Source: Haloquadratum walsbyi C23 (lineage in GTDB: Archaea; Halobacteriota; Halobacteria; Halobacteriales; Haloferacaceae). Taken from it: a stretch of 32,000 bases of DNA. The DNA lies in assembly GCF_000237865.1 (NCBI RefSeq), contig NC_017459.1, forward strand, positions 750,001-782,000, read 5' to 3'. The notes below the pieces were generated by a model, which had not been told where the DNA came from, ran no database searches, and was given only the letters and a program-made list of their open reading frames with translations. The translations under genes were made by a program, and so were the position numbers. Of the stretch, positions 17,956 through 27,199 are shown one piece after another (within the stretch, counting starts at the first letter, position 1; every line of letters begins with the position of its first letter).

Positions 17956-18337
17956 ATCGCATATTGCATATTGTATACTGTATTACACTCATCCAATAGT
18001 CTTCCACAGGTAGGGCAGGCAGAATATTGTGTGGTTTGGATCTGTGTTTGTGGATAAAGACGAGACCCATTATTACAACAGATCATACCGAATCTCAATC
18101 ACACATACGTTCAGACGATGATAATCCTACATGTGTGGTTTTGACTGCCTACACTAACCATGAGTATGAGTATGAGCATACGAGCGAAAAACGATAAATC
18201 CAGATTCACCCGCGTGGTGATTAGAGCCATAAGAGAGCGTTAATCGACACTGAAATCGGTGGTCTATTCGTGGGTATCACATCAAACGTCAAGTAATATA
18301 GTCTTAGTCTTAGTCTTGAATCCCGACTCAGGGGAGT

Positions 18338-18421
18338 TCATATTGCAAGAAGAAGCCCTGTTGCGAACATCAGCAGTGCAATCGCCCCAAGTACGACACC
18401 GAGGAGATCTCCATCACTCAT
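18338..18421 (-). CDS. Candidate 27-aa single-TM micro-protein.
   Basis: Manual translation gives ATG..TGA: MSDGDLLGVVLGAIALLMFATGLLLAI. This has an acidic N-terminus followed by one hydrophobic helix. It lies in an otherwise ORF-free 730-bp spacer. There is no other support. Confidence 0.25.
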   Translation of the reverse strand: MSDGDLLGVVLGAIALLMFATGLLLAI

Positions 18422-18608
18422 AAAATCCCATATATCATGTATCCTCAAAGATGCATCGGCTCTCGCTTATCAAATAAATTGTATGAATTTTATATCTTAA
18501 TGTGCAGTATATCGCAAATCAATCTCTTTAGTTTCAGATTTTGCATCTGGATTCCCCTTTTTCATCTCCATTCGACAGAATCAGGATGGTGCCAATCGAA
18601 CTAGCTGT

Positions 18609-19043
18609 GTGAGCGAATCAGACGATCAAGAGACCACATCAGAATATAATAGCTCACATGAAAGTGAGACGAGTGAAAAGCCTGAAACAGGGTCATCCGA
18701 AATGGTCAATCATCAAAACCAGACTCAAAATCCCACTCAAGATCAGATGGACGCTAAAAAACAATCACAACATGCTGAGCAGTCCCGCACGCAGGGACGA
18801 AGTGGTCGACAATTCGTAATTATTCTTTATATTGCACTTACTGGTGCTGCAGGTGTTGCAGGCTATCTCACCGGATATTTCGTTGATGGTCTTTCAGCAC
18901 CTATGTTTTTATTTGTCATCCCGTTTCCCCTGAGTCCACTCGGATTTGCTGCATACGGTGGATTGACAATTGCGATTGTCATTGGGATTCCACTGGGTCT
19001 TGTCATTTATGTCTCAGAATACGCAGAGTCGATCGAAACCTGA
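18609..19043 (+). CDS. Membrane protein with a disordered polar/acidic N-terminal half and 3 TM helices.
   Basis: The tracked start is a GTG. The N-terminus is rich in S/E/T/Q. It is followed by FVIILYIALTGAAGVAGYLTGYF, FLFVIPFPLSPLGFAAYGG and IAIVIGIPLGLVIYV. The start codon is uncertain; an internal ATG (MVNHQ) is possible. Confidence 0.6.
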   Translation: MSESDDQETTSEYNSSHESETSEKPETGSSEMVNHQNQTQNPTQDQMDAKKQSQHAEQSRTQGRSGRQFVIILYIALTGAAGVAGYLTGYFVDGLSAPMFLFVIPFPLSPLGFAAYGGLTIAIVIGIPLGLVIYVSEYAESIET

Positions 19044-19157
19044 TTTAATATAGCTATCCTTCAATTGAAATCCTCCACAGTCTAAAGAGCGAGGTTTTGC
19101 GCCTACTCATCGGATATAATGACTTCTGAAAAAGATTAAGCCGTGGGCTGTTCAGTT

Positions 19158-19562
19158 ATGAGTATGTACCACATTGTGGCTGGTATTGATGATGATGAAG
19201 CGCATGCAACACGGTGTGCGGAAGCAGCAATTGACCTTCCGAGCGAGTCGCCAGAAAAACAGGTAACATTGATTCACAGTTTTGATGATAACCCAAGTGG
19301 CGCCTCTGCATCACAAGTACAATCAGTCCGAACAGCGGCGGAATTGCTTGAAGAACACGACATTGATACCAATATTCAAGAATCGAGCGGTGACCCTGCA
19401 GACGCAATTATCGATACTGCAGTCGAAGATGAGGCTGATCTTATTCTAATCGGTGGTCGTAAGCGTTCACCTGCTGGAAAAGCATTATTCGGAAGTGTCA
19501 CGCAGTCAGTGATCCTCGGTTCAACTCGACCTGTCATGGTCACTGGTGTTGACGAAGAGTAA
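19158..19562 (+). CDS. Universal stress protein (UspA family).
   Basis: MYHIVAGIDDDE..ADLILIGGRKRSPAGKALFGSVTQSVILGSTRPVMV is the typical USP ATP-binding C-terminal motif G-x2-G-x9-G-S. I prefer the ATG at 19158 or 19164 over the tracked GTG at 19143. Confidence 0.85.
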   Translation: MSMYHIVAGIDDDEAHATRCAEAAIDLPSESPEKQVTLIHSFDDNPSGASASQVQSVRTAAELLEEHDIDTNIQESSGDPADAIIDTAVEDEADLILIGGRKRSPAGKALFGSVTQSVILGSTRPVMVTGVDEE

Positions 19563-19649
19563 CACATAGTTCCCATAAAGAAGAGCATAGCCAGGTATGT
19601 GAGGACTTATTCCCGAAGAAATAGTGTTATTTTCAGCGAATGATATTTT

Positions 19650-19675
19650 CCGCGCCGTGAACGGGCGCGGTTTCT
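19650..19675 (+). terminator. GC-rich hairpin (CCGCGCC-GTGAACG-GGCGCGG) followed by TTTCT, between convergent genes.
   Basis: It is a perfect 7-bp all-G/C-dominated stem at 19650-19656 and 19664-19670, in AT-rich spacer 88 bp after the USP stop. Confidence 0.35.
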
Positions 19676-19796
19676 ACCGTTGGAGTCTCAGAACTCGCAG
19701 CGGTGCGGTGGATGGGTTAGTCAAGCGCACACGATTCACGCCCGGAATAAACGTCGAGATTCTCTTGCAATTGAAGATACGGATGATGGACCTACG

Positions 19797-20564
19797 CTAT
19801 GATAGGTCGTCGAACATATCAGCGACCGCATCAGGCGACTGTCGACCGGTCTTGACACCACACTGGTTTCCCTTTTGATATCGAATAAACGCTGGTGCAG
19901 CTGTTATCTCAGTTTCACGGCGGAATGACGGTGCGTTTTCACCATCAATTCCAGCAATAGCGACGTTCGATGGAATACTCTCAAGCATCGAATCAAGATC
20001 GGATTTAACCGCCCGACATGGGTCGCAACGTCGCTTCCAGACAGTCATTAATACTTCTGAGTGTTCTGTAACAAATGAGCTATATGACTCATCTGTGAGC
20101 TCGATAACCTCGTCTGGAACAGGAGATTCAGGATCGACTCTATTCACGATCTCAACCATCATTGCATGCATTGCTGGGTCAAGCGTTGCATCGATATACG
20201 AGTCGATTGCAAGATAGCTGATAACATCTGCTCGTGATACGATATCCTCCTCAAGTTGGGTGACTGCATTCGACTCCTCAATATCAAAAACATCCGCCAT
20301 TGTTGTGATAATCCGCTCACGCGGGGCATCCATATATGTGTCATGATATATTCGGCGAATATCCTCATATTCAGTCGTCGTCGCGAGTGTTCCATCATCG
20401 TTTTCGATGACGATGTCACATTGAATGAGCTTATTCAGCGCCGCTTCAGGCTCTGCTTGTCCACCAGCTCCTGTTGTGTCCGTGTTTGTGTCGACATGAT
20501 CACGATCACGATCACGATCACGATCATCATCTATCATGTGAGCATCGTTTGTCTCTGCGGTCAT
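19797..20564 (-). CDS. Thioredoxin-domain protein. The C-terminal part has a Trx fold with a CDPC active site. The N-terminus is acidic with a (DR)n repeat.
   Basis: VLMTVWKRRCDPCRAVKSDLDSMLE..VAIAGIDGE..AAPAFIRYQKG is a thioredoxin-like W-x3-C-x2-C arrangement. The N-terminus reads MIDDDRDRDRDRDHVD. Confidence 0.7.
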   Translation of the reverse strand: MTAETNDAHMIDDDRDRDRDRDHVDTNTDTTGAGGQAEPEAALNKLIQCDIVIENDDGTLATTTEYEDIRRIYHDTYMDAPRERIITTMADVFDIEESNAVTQLEEDIVSRADVISYLAIDSYIDATLDPAMHAMMVEIVNRVDPESPVPDEVIELTDESYSSFVTEHSEVLMTVWKRRCDPCRAVKSDLDSMLESIPSNVAIAGIDGENAPSFRRETEITAAPAFIRYQKGNQCGVKTGRQSPDAVADMFDDLS

Positions 20565-20626
20565 TGTCTATCATCACTCAAGCGTTCAGCGTGCACGTGT
20601 GTAATCATACCTTGTTGTTTCACGAA

Positions 20627-21439
20627 CTATACTCCAAGATAGCGCTCACGTGTTTCCTCATCCGATCGAAGTTCTGCTGCAGTTCCATCGAATACTATCT
20701 GCCCATGGTCAATCACATATGCGCGATCAGCGAGATTGATTGCTGCAGCTGCATTTTGTTCAACCAATAGAATCGTCGTTCCAGTCTCATTAATCCGCTC
20801 AATTGCATCCTCAACGTCTTCGATGATCTGCGGTGCAAGTCCCTCATATGGCTCGTCTAACAGCATCAAATCAGTGTTTTGTTTCAATGCCCGTGCAATA
20901 GCAAGCATCTGCTGTTCACCACCGGAGAGCGTTCCTGCTTGTTGACTGCGCCGTTCATCGAGTCGTGGGAACTGGTCATAGACTTCATTAGTTGTCATTC
21001 CCTCACCGCCAGCTTCGACATCCCGACCCCACGTATTCGATGTATTATTCACAACCTCAGCCAAATGTAGATTCTCTGCAACTGAGAGATTTGGGAAGAT
21101 ACGTCGTTCTTCAGGAACAAGTGAAATACCACGAATCGAGACATCCTCGGCGGTGACTCCTGTGACGTCATTCCCGTCAAAACTGATTGATCCGGAACGA
21201 ACAGTTGGCGGTGTTGCACCAGCGATTGATCGAAGTGTGGTCGTCTTTCCAGCACCATTCCGACCAAGGAGAGCACAGATTTCGCCCTCTTTTACCTTCA
21301 TCGAAAGATCCCGGAGAATATGGCTTTCATCATAGTATCCATCAACACCATTTAATCTGAGAAGTTCACGACTGTTCTCACCACCATGGGTAGTGGTGCT
21401 TGACTCTCCGGTCGTCTCGTCATCTTCAAGCGTACTCAT
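20627..21439 (-). CDS. livF: Branched-chain amino-acid-type ABC transporter, ATP-binding protein (LivF-like).
   Basis: Walker A is GRNGAGKTTTLRSIAG. The signature is LSGGEQQMLAIARAL. Walker B is LMLLDEPYEGLAP. The C-terminus is ERYLGV. The start overlaps the upstream stop. Confidence 0.9.
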   Translation of the reverse strand: MSTLEDDETTGESSTTTHGGENSRELLRLNGVDGYYDESHILRDLSMKVKEGEICALLGRNGAGKTTTLRSIAGATPPTVRSGSISFDGNDVTGVTAEDVSIRGISLVPEERRIFPNLSVAENLHLAEVVNNTSNTWGRDVEAGGEGMTTNEVYDQFPRLDERRSQQAGTLSGGEQQMLAIARALKQNTDLMLLDEPYEGLAPQIIEDVEDAIERINETGTTILLVEQNAAAAINLADRAYVIDHGQIVFDGTAAELRSDEETRERYLGV

Positions 21440-22275
21440 AGGTCAGCACCACCAAGATACGCTTCTTGAACGTCTGGATTTCCACGAATATCCTCTGGTG
21501 CACCCTCCGCGATTACCCGTCCACGATTGAGGACAATAATCCGATCTGAAATATTGAAAACGATTTCCATGTCATGTTCGACAAGAACGAATGTAAGATC
21601 AAGTGCTTGCTTTACCTCCTCGATCAATTCGACTGTTGCGTTTGTCTCTTCAGGCGACATTCCAGCCGTTGGCTCATCCATTAACAGTAGATCTGGCTCC
21701 GCAGCAAGTGCAATTCCAATCTCAAGGCGCCGCTTATCTCCATACGGGAGGTCAGCCGCTGTCTCATCGGCGCTATCAAGCAATCCAACCGCTTCAAGCG
21801 TATCACGTGCCCGCTGATGCACGTCAGTGAGACTATCTCGATGTGTGAGCAACTTGAAATCAAAAGCACCGTTCTCAGCAGCAAGCCCGGCAATCTCAGC
21901 GTTCTCACGAACGCTTAAATCCGGAAAGATTGATGCTGTCTGAAACGATTTTGAAACACCACGCTGAACAACTTCATGTGGATCAAGACCAACGATCGAG
22001 CTATTCTTAAACTGAATATCACCGTCTGTCGGCTCAAGACGCCGAGTGATGAGATTAATTAATGTTGATTTTCCAGCGCCGTTTGGTCCAATGAGTGAAA
22101 CCTGTTCGCCACGTTCAACACGGATATTGACGTCATCGGTAGCGACGAGTCCACCAAACTCCTTGGTAAGACCTCTTGTTTCAAGCAATACATCGTCGCT
22201 TGCGGTTGTTGATGTGCGTGTGTTCGATACGTCTGTGGATTCAATGTCTGTGTTTGAGTCAGTATCTGTGCTCAT
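21436..22275 (-). CDS. livG: Branched-chain amino-acid-type ABC transporter, ATP-binding protein (LivG-like).
   Basis: GLTKEFGGLVATDDVNIRVERGE is present. Walker A is GPNGAGKSTLINLI. Also present are LPYGDKRRLEIGIAL, LLLMDEPTAGMSPEE and the C-terminal DVQEAYLG. Confidence 0.9.
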   Translation of the reverse strand: MSTDTDSNTDIESTDVSNTRTSTTASDDVLLETRGLTKEFGGLVATDDVNIRVERGEQVSLIGPNGAGKSTLINLITRRLEPTDGDIQFKNSSIVGLDPHEVVQRGVSKSFQTASIFPDLSVRENAEIAGLAAENGAFDFKLLTHRDSLTDVHQRARDTLEAVGLLDSADETAADLPYGDKRRLEIGIALAAEPDLLLMDEPTAGMSPEETNATVELIEEVKQALDLTFVLVEHDMEIVFNISDRIIVLNRGRVIAEGAPEDIRGNPDVQEAYLGGADL

Positions 22276-23426
22276 CGGTCTTCACCTCGGAGTCGAGATT
22301 CGACTGCTATACGGAGGTCTGAAAGTCCACCCCACAGTCCGCGCGGGGCTGTCCAGATAACAACGACGAAAATCAATCCTAATAGGAGATGCCAATAGGT
22401 CCCAAAGTCATTAATCAGCACGATGTCAGTAAATGGCACCTGCAATTGTTGAATTCCACTGACAATATTCTCAATATAAAGATATAATCCAGCACCAAGG
22501 ATTGGACCGAAGAGTGAAGCAGTCCCGCCAAGAACGACCATAATTACGATCTCACCGGATTCTGTCCAAAATAGCGACTGTAGTGGAACATATGACCCAT
22601 GGATTGTAAATAGACTTCCAGCGATACCTGCAAACCCTGCAGAGACGATGAACGCCATCAGCTTATATCGCCAGACGTTCAATCCAACAAATTTTGCTCG
22701 TTGTTCATTTTCACGGATTGCTCGGAATACCATTCCATATGGCGAATTCAAGATACGATAGGCGATTCCGACAGCAGCAACCGTAATGACACCGACGAAG
22801 GCGTACATCCATGTTCCAAGTAACTCTCCAGCGAGCATCGGTAGTTCTGATTCAAGATGAAAGCTCCCGAACAACGGACTTACATCAATGCCAGTGAGAC
22901 CGTTTTCACCACCAGTCAATGACGCGAGAGGTGCGGCTGACATATAGTATAGCATCTGTGCGAACGCGAGCGTGAGGATGCTGAAATAGATTCCTCCACG
23001 TCGAAGTGAGAGATATCCAAGCACCCATGCAAACAGAACTGCGAATATCGTTCCTGCAGCGACCATCACAATTGGATCGCTTGATACACGAAGTGAGACG
23101 ATGCCGGCAACATAAGCGCCGCCACCCCAAAACGCAGCATGCCCAAATGAGAGTAATCCAGTGTATCCCAACAGGAGATCAAACCCGATAGCGAAGATTG
23201 CCCAAATGAGCATCAACGCAGCAAGATTTTGATATCCAAGAAGAAGGTCACTAATCACAGGTGCTCGCGCGAATATCCATGGAAAGAGCGCAACTCCGAT
23301 TGCAGTCAAGCCGATGACCGTTGCTTCCCGTTCACGAAACTGCTGGAGACGTTCGACCAGTGATGGAGCTTGTGGGTCATCAACAACTGTTGCTCCGTCA
23401 CTGCTTGTTGCATCAGGATCACTCAT
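22272..23426 (-). CDS. livM: Branched-chain amino-acid-type ABC transporter permease (LivM-like).
   Basis: The product is a polytopic membrane protein with LLLGYTGLLSFGHAAFWGGGAYVAG and AIRENEQRAKFVGLNVWRYKL, both typical LivM blocks. It has 4-nt overlaps with both neighbours. Confidence 0.9.
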   Translation of the reverse strand: MSDPDATSSDGATVVDDPQAPSLVERLQQFREREATVIGLTAIGVALFPWIFARAPVISDLLLGYQNLAALMLIWAIFAIGFDLLLGYTGLLSFGHAAFWGGGAYVAGIVSLRVSSDPIVMVAAGTIFAVLFAWVLGYLSLRRGGIYFSILTLAFAQMLYYMSAAPLASLTGGENGLTGIDVSPLFGSFHLESELPMLAGELLGTWMYAFVGVITVAAVGIAYRILNSPYGMVFRAIRENEQRAKFVGLNVWRYKLMAFIVSAGFAGIAGSLFTIHGSYVPLQSLFWTESGEIVIMVVLGGTASLFGPILGAGLYLYIENIVSGIQQLQVPFTDIVLINDFGTYWHLLLGLIFVVVIWTAPRGLWGGLSDLRIAVESRLRGEDR

Positions 23427-24424
23427 GGTGCCACCTCCTCACTACCGAGGATTCCCTGTGGGCGCAACAGTAACACAAGTGCTGCAATCGCATACAATCC
23501 CACCTGTGACCATGGAGAGAAATTGAGTGTAAACGCCCCAAGTGTTACTGATGGAAGTCCAATAAGTGTCGCCTGAACGAGTCCAATGAGAAGCCCACCG
23601 GCAACAGCACCAGTAATACTCCCAATACCCCCAATAACAACGGTGAGAAACGCTGGAACAAGAATATTCGTCCCTACCGTTGGATTGACAACACTAAGCG
23701 GTCCGCCAACCACGCCAGCAACACCTGCAAGAGCTGCTCCAATTCCAAACACAACTAAATATGGTCGGTCAATCTTCACGCCAAGCAGTCTGACCATTTC
23801 TGCATCACGTGTTCCGGCTCGGACGATAAGTCCAAAATCAGTGTATTCGACAAGCGCATAGACAATCCCAACAAGCACAGCAGTGATCGCAATAACCCAT
23901 AGCCGCCATCGAGGAAAGCCTCCAACTATCGGAAGCGTAATTGGACCTGAAACCGGAATCCCTCCAAACCCGCCGATTGCAAGCACATTTTCTGGCTGAT
24001 TGAATGGCAGGCTGTTACTACCGAAAAGCACGCGGAACAATTCTTGAACGACAATTGCAATCCCAAATGTCACAAGGATCTGATCAGTATCAGGACGGTC
24101 ATAAAACGACTGTGCGAGAAACCGCTCCATCGTAACTCCAATGATGAATACAACAATTGGAACGAAAACCAATGCAGCAAAGAACCCGAGATCCAATCCA
24201 ATCGTACTAAATCCCCATTCTTGAAGTTTCCCGGAAGTGAGTGAAACATCAAGCGCAATCAACAATCCGGCGTATGTCCCGATAACATATAATGCCCCAT
24301 GAGCAAAATTAACGAATTTTAATGTTCCGAGAATAATTGAGAGACCAACTGCGAGGAGAACATATATTGCCCCCTGTTGAAGCCCATTGAGCAGTATGAT
24401 CATGACGTCTGCGAGAAGACTCAC
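23423..24424 (-). CDS. livH: Branched-chain amino-acid-type ABC transporter permease (LivH-like).
   Basis: LLNGLQQGAIYVLLAVGLSIILGTLKFVNFAHGALYVIGTYAG and VRAGTRDAEMVRLLGVKIDR are typical LivH blocks. Confidence 0.9.
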   Translation of the reverse strand: MSLLADVMIILLNGLQQGAIYVLLAVGLSIILGTLKFVNFAHGALYVIGTYAGLLIALDVSLTSGKLQEWGFSTIGLDLGFFAALVFVPIVVFIIGVTMERFLAQSFYDRPDTDQILVTFGIAIVVQELFRVLFGSNSLPFNQPENVLAIGGFGGIPVSGPITLPIVGGFPRWRLWVIAITAVLVGIVYALVEYTDFGLIVRAGTRDAEMVRLLGVKIDRPYLVVFGIGAALAGVAGVVGGPLSVVNPTVGTNILVPAFLTVVIGGIGSITGAVAGGLLIGLVQATLIGLPSVTLGAFTLNFSPWSQVGLYAIAALVLLLRPQGILGSEEVAP

Positions 24425-24552
24425 AGGACCCTCCTATAATGACACCTAGCAGTCATACTAGTGTATGTTATTCTTTGTCCAGCCATATCTGTATCAATTA
24501 TTGATTAAGACTTAAAGACTATGATGAATTCAATGAACGTCGCAGGAACCGA

Positions 24553-25959
24553 TTATTCGTAAGGACCGAGTTCTGCTTCGGCTGCAGGACCGGCGTCACA
24601 AGCATAGCCAACATCGTCTCGACTCGTGACCGTGACAACTTCATAGAAACTTCCCTCAGATTGCTCACTTTCAGGCAGACCACGAACAACTGGTACATCT
24701 CGTTGTGCCTGATGATCGCATGCACGCATCAACTCTTGACCCATACCGATATTATCGTACTCGTATCCTTCGAGTTGCTTGATCACTTCTGGTGGGTAGA
24801 ACGTCCCAGCACGTTCGACTGCAGCAGCATACTGTAGCGTTTGCGCATATGCTAATTGGGCTACTCCAGATGGAATCCGGTCATACTCATCTTGGAAAAC
24901 CTGTGTGAACTCATTTGATGGCGTGTTATCAATCTGCGCTGTCCATGCGACCGTTCCAAAGATATCTTCAATTGAACCGCCTGCAGCCTGTGCCATTGGA
25001 CGATTATACAATGGGAGCATAATCTCCATTTCCTCATCAAGCCCAGCATCAACAGCCTGCTGGACTGAGTTTGCACCATCAAGTCCGTAGTGGTTCAAAA
25101 TCAGAACATCAGGGCTCTCGCTTTGAGCCCCTGAGAGGTAATTCGAAAAGTCAGTTGTTCCTAGTGGTGTCGCCACACTATCAATTTGTGACCATCCGGC
25201 GACATCTGTCATGAACTGCTCCATCGATGCTTGCTGAGTTTGCCCCCAACTGTAATCAGCATACAATTGATAGAAGCTGAGGTCTGACCCGTATTCTTCC
25301 CTGACGACCGGTGCAAGCGCCTGACCAGTCATGTATGCATTAAACACTTCGCGGAAGCCATATCGAGCTGCATCCTTTCCAGTCGTATCGTTCGAGTGCG
25401 TGAGACACGCCATGAACGGCACATTCTCATTTTGACAGAGTCCTTGGACGGCAATAGCCACTGCTGAGGATGATCCACCACTGATCATCACAGCATTATC
25501 ACGCTGAATCATTCGTGAAGCCGATTGTCGAGCCGTATCAGCGTCTGTTGCGGTATCACCGTCGACGTAATCGATTGTGAAGTCAAGAACTCCATCACCA
25601 GAGAGGTCATCAAACTGTGAGTCAACCCATCCTCCGCCGTTATTCAGATGTTGGACCGCAAGCTCATATGCTCGAAGCTCATCCTGTCCCTCTGAGGCGT
25701 ATGGTCCTGACTGTGGGACATTGAACCCGAATGTCGCGGTATCACCGTCAATCGGGAAGTTTCCAAGTGCGGGGTACTCCTCACTACTGCTGTCACCTGA
25801 AGTGTCATCAGATCCTGACTCACCACCACCGTCGCCGCTGTCATCGCCACCACCGCCACCGCCACCAGCACATCCGGCGAGTCCAGCAATTCCAACAGTA
25901 CTCGCACCTGCTGCTTTCAATACATCACGCCGATGGAGAGAATCATTATCTCGCACCAT
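24553..25959 (-). CDS. livJ: ABC transporter substrate-binding lipoprotein (type-1 periplasmic-binding fold, Liv/amide family) with a Tat signal, a lipobox and a Gly/Asp/Ser linker.
   Basis: HRRDVLKAAGASTVGIAGLAGC is a twin-arginine signal with a lipobox Cys. The linker GGGGGGGDDSGDGGGESGSDDTSGDSSSEE follows. The mature domain is about 400 aa and sits upstream of livHMGF on the same strand. Confidence 0.8.
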   Translation of the reverse strand: MVRDNDSLHRRDVLKAAGASTVGIAGLAGCAGGGGGGGDDSGDGGGESGSDDTSGDSSSEEYPALGNFPIDGDTATFGFNVPQSGPYASEGQDELRAYELAVQHLNNGGGWVDSQFDDLSGDGVLDFTIDYVDGDTATDADTARQSASRMIQRDNAVMISGGSSSAVAIAVQGLCQNENVPFMACLTHSNDTTGKDAARYGFREVFNAYMTGQALAPVVREEYGSDLSFYQLYADYSWGQTQQASMEQFMTDVAGWSQIDSVATPLGTTDFSNYLSGAQSESPDVLILNHYGLDGANSVQQAVDAGLDEEMEIMLPLYNRPMAQAAGGSIEDIFGTVAWTAQIDNTPSNEFTQVFQDEYDRIPSGVAQLAYAQTLQYAAAVERAGTFYPPEVIKQLEGYEYDNIGMGQELMRACDHQAQRDVPVVRGLPESEQSEGSFYEVVTVTSRDDVGYACDAGPAAEAELGPYE

Positions 25960-26188
25960 AACATCTATCGGAGGCTCTGTCTTTAATAATTGTTTTGGCT
26001 AAATATCCTAACTGTGTGTTAAGATTGATAATAAGTAATTATAACACATCCATGTGTAGTATTAACATTTTATTATTTGTGCTCTACCGTGATATCAAAA
26101 TTATATATTAACGTTCATAAGTGTCAATATAACCAATTAAACTGATTCGTCCATTGCACTGAAGTACCGGCCTATCGAAGGGTCTTGC

Positions 26189-26941
26189 ATGGATATTCGT
26201 GATGCGACTATTGAAGACATTGAGGAGATTCGCGACGTCGCCCGCGAGTCACTTGCCGCCTCATATGGACATGCGATTGATGATAAAGTAATTGATGCTG
26301 CGATTGAAGAGTGGTATAGCAAAGATGCACTTACGGAAACGCTCACAACTGATGATGCGGTTTTTGTTCTTGCTGTCGACGATGGCGGACCAATCGGATT
26401 TGCACAAAGTGAACTCATTACCGGACGCGAGGCAATTGGATATATTGACTGGCTTCACGTTGGACCGGATCACCGTGGTGTGGGTATCGGCTCACAACTC
26501 CTCTCTCGACTTCGGCAGGCGCTGATGAATGCTGGTGCAGATCGACTTGAGGGTCGTGTTCTCACAGAAAATGAAACTGGTCTTGGATTTTATAACGATC
26601 AAGGATTCAGTGTTGCTGGGAAGCGAACAGTCACTATCCGTGATGAGACATTCACCGAGCGCGTCTATTCGCTCTTTGTCGACTCAACCGAAGAACCTGC
26701 AGCGAATAAACAGCAAACAGAAGCGGGTGAGACAGTATATATCGCATATGATGAGACTGTCCGTGGCTCAGAAGCCCCATTCTTTGCTGCGTATCTTGAT
26801 GAAGATCATGAAGATCGCTACGGGTGGTTCTGTGGTGCTGATGAGAGTCTCGACGTTGCAATGGACACGATGGAGCGTATCGAATGTACTGCCTGTGGGA
26901 ACCAACGTCGACCCGTCCGGTGGGACGCTGCATATCTGTGA
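26189..26941 (+). CDS. GNAT-family N-acetyltransferase with a C-terminal extension of about 90 aa.
   Basis: The acetyl-CoA motif is LHVGPDHRGVGIGSQLLSRLRQALMNAGADRLEGRVLTENETGLGFYNDQGF. The extension ends ..RYGWFCGADESLDVAMDTMERIECTACGNQRRPVRWD. Confidence 0.8.
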   Translation: MDIRDATIEDIEEIRDVARESLAASYGHAIDDKVIDAAIEEWYSKDALTETLTTDDAVFVLAVDDGGPIGFAQSELITGREAIGYIDWLHVGPDHRGVGIGSQLLSRLRQALMNAGADRLEGRVLTENETGLGFYNDQGFSVAGKRTVTIRDETFTERVYSLFVDSTEEPAANKQQTEAGETVYIAYDETVRGSEAPFFAAYLDEDHEDRYGWFCGADESLDVAMDTMERIECTACGNQRRPVRWDAAYL

Positions 26942-27199
26942 TATCTTGACCCATTCTCGTTCAGCCATTGATGCAGAAAGATTCCATATCGAGATGAGAA
27001 TTGATTCTATTACATGTCCTTATGCTGCGGAAAACGTCTCAACAAAACGCACGAATGACACTTCGATGATAGACTATTCGTACATCCAAAATCAACAATC
27101 TATCACAAGAGTGTCTCTTCGGGCTGTGATGGCTCTCGGTGCTCATACACAATAGTTGAATACCACTTTATAAACTACGAGGTCACGTCATAATGTATT

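Noticed and set aside
17702-18070. A minus-strand 122-aa ORF spanning the coxA 3' end and the repeat-rich spacer.
   Set aside because: It overlaps coxA antisense and then runs through hexamer repeats, giving KLKLKLKIR low-complexity sequence. It is not credible as a protein.
26529-27155. A plus-strand 208-aa ORF out of frame with the GNAT gene.
   Set aside because: It is basic, Ser/Arg-rich and overlaps the GNAT frame, which has clear acetyl-CoA-binding motifs.
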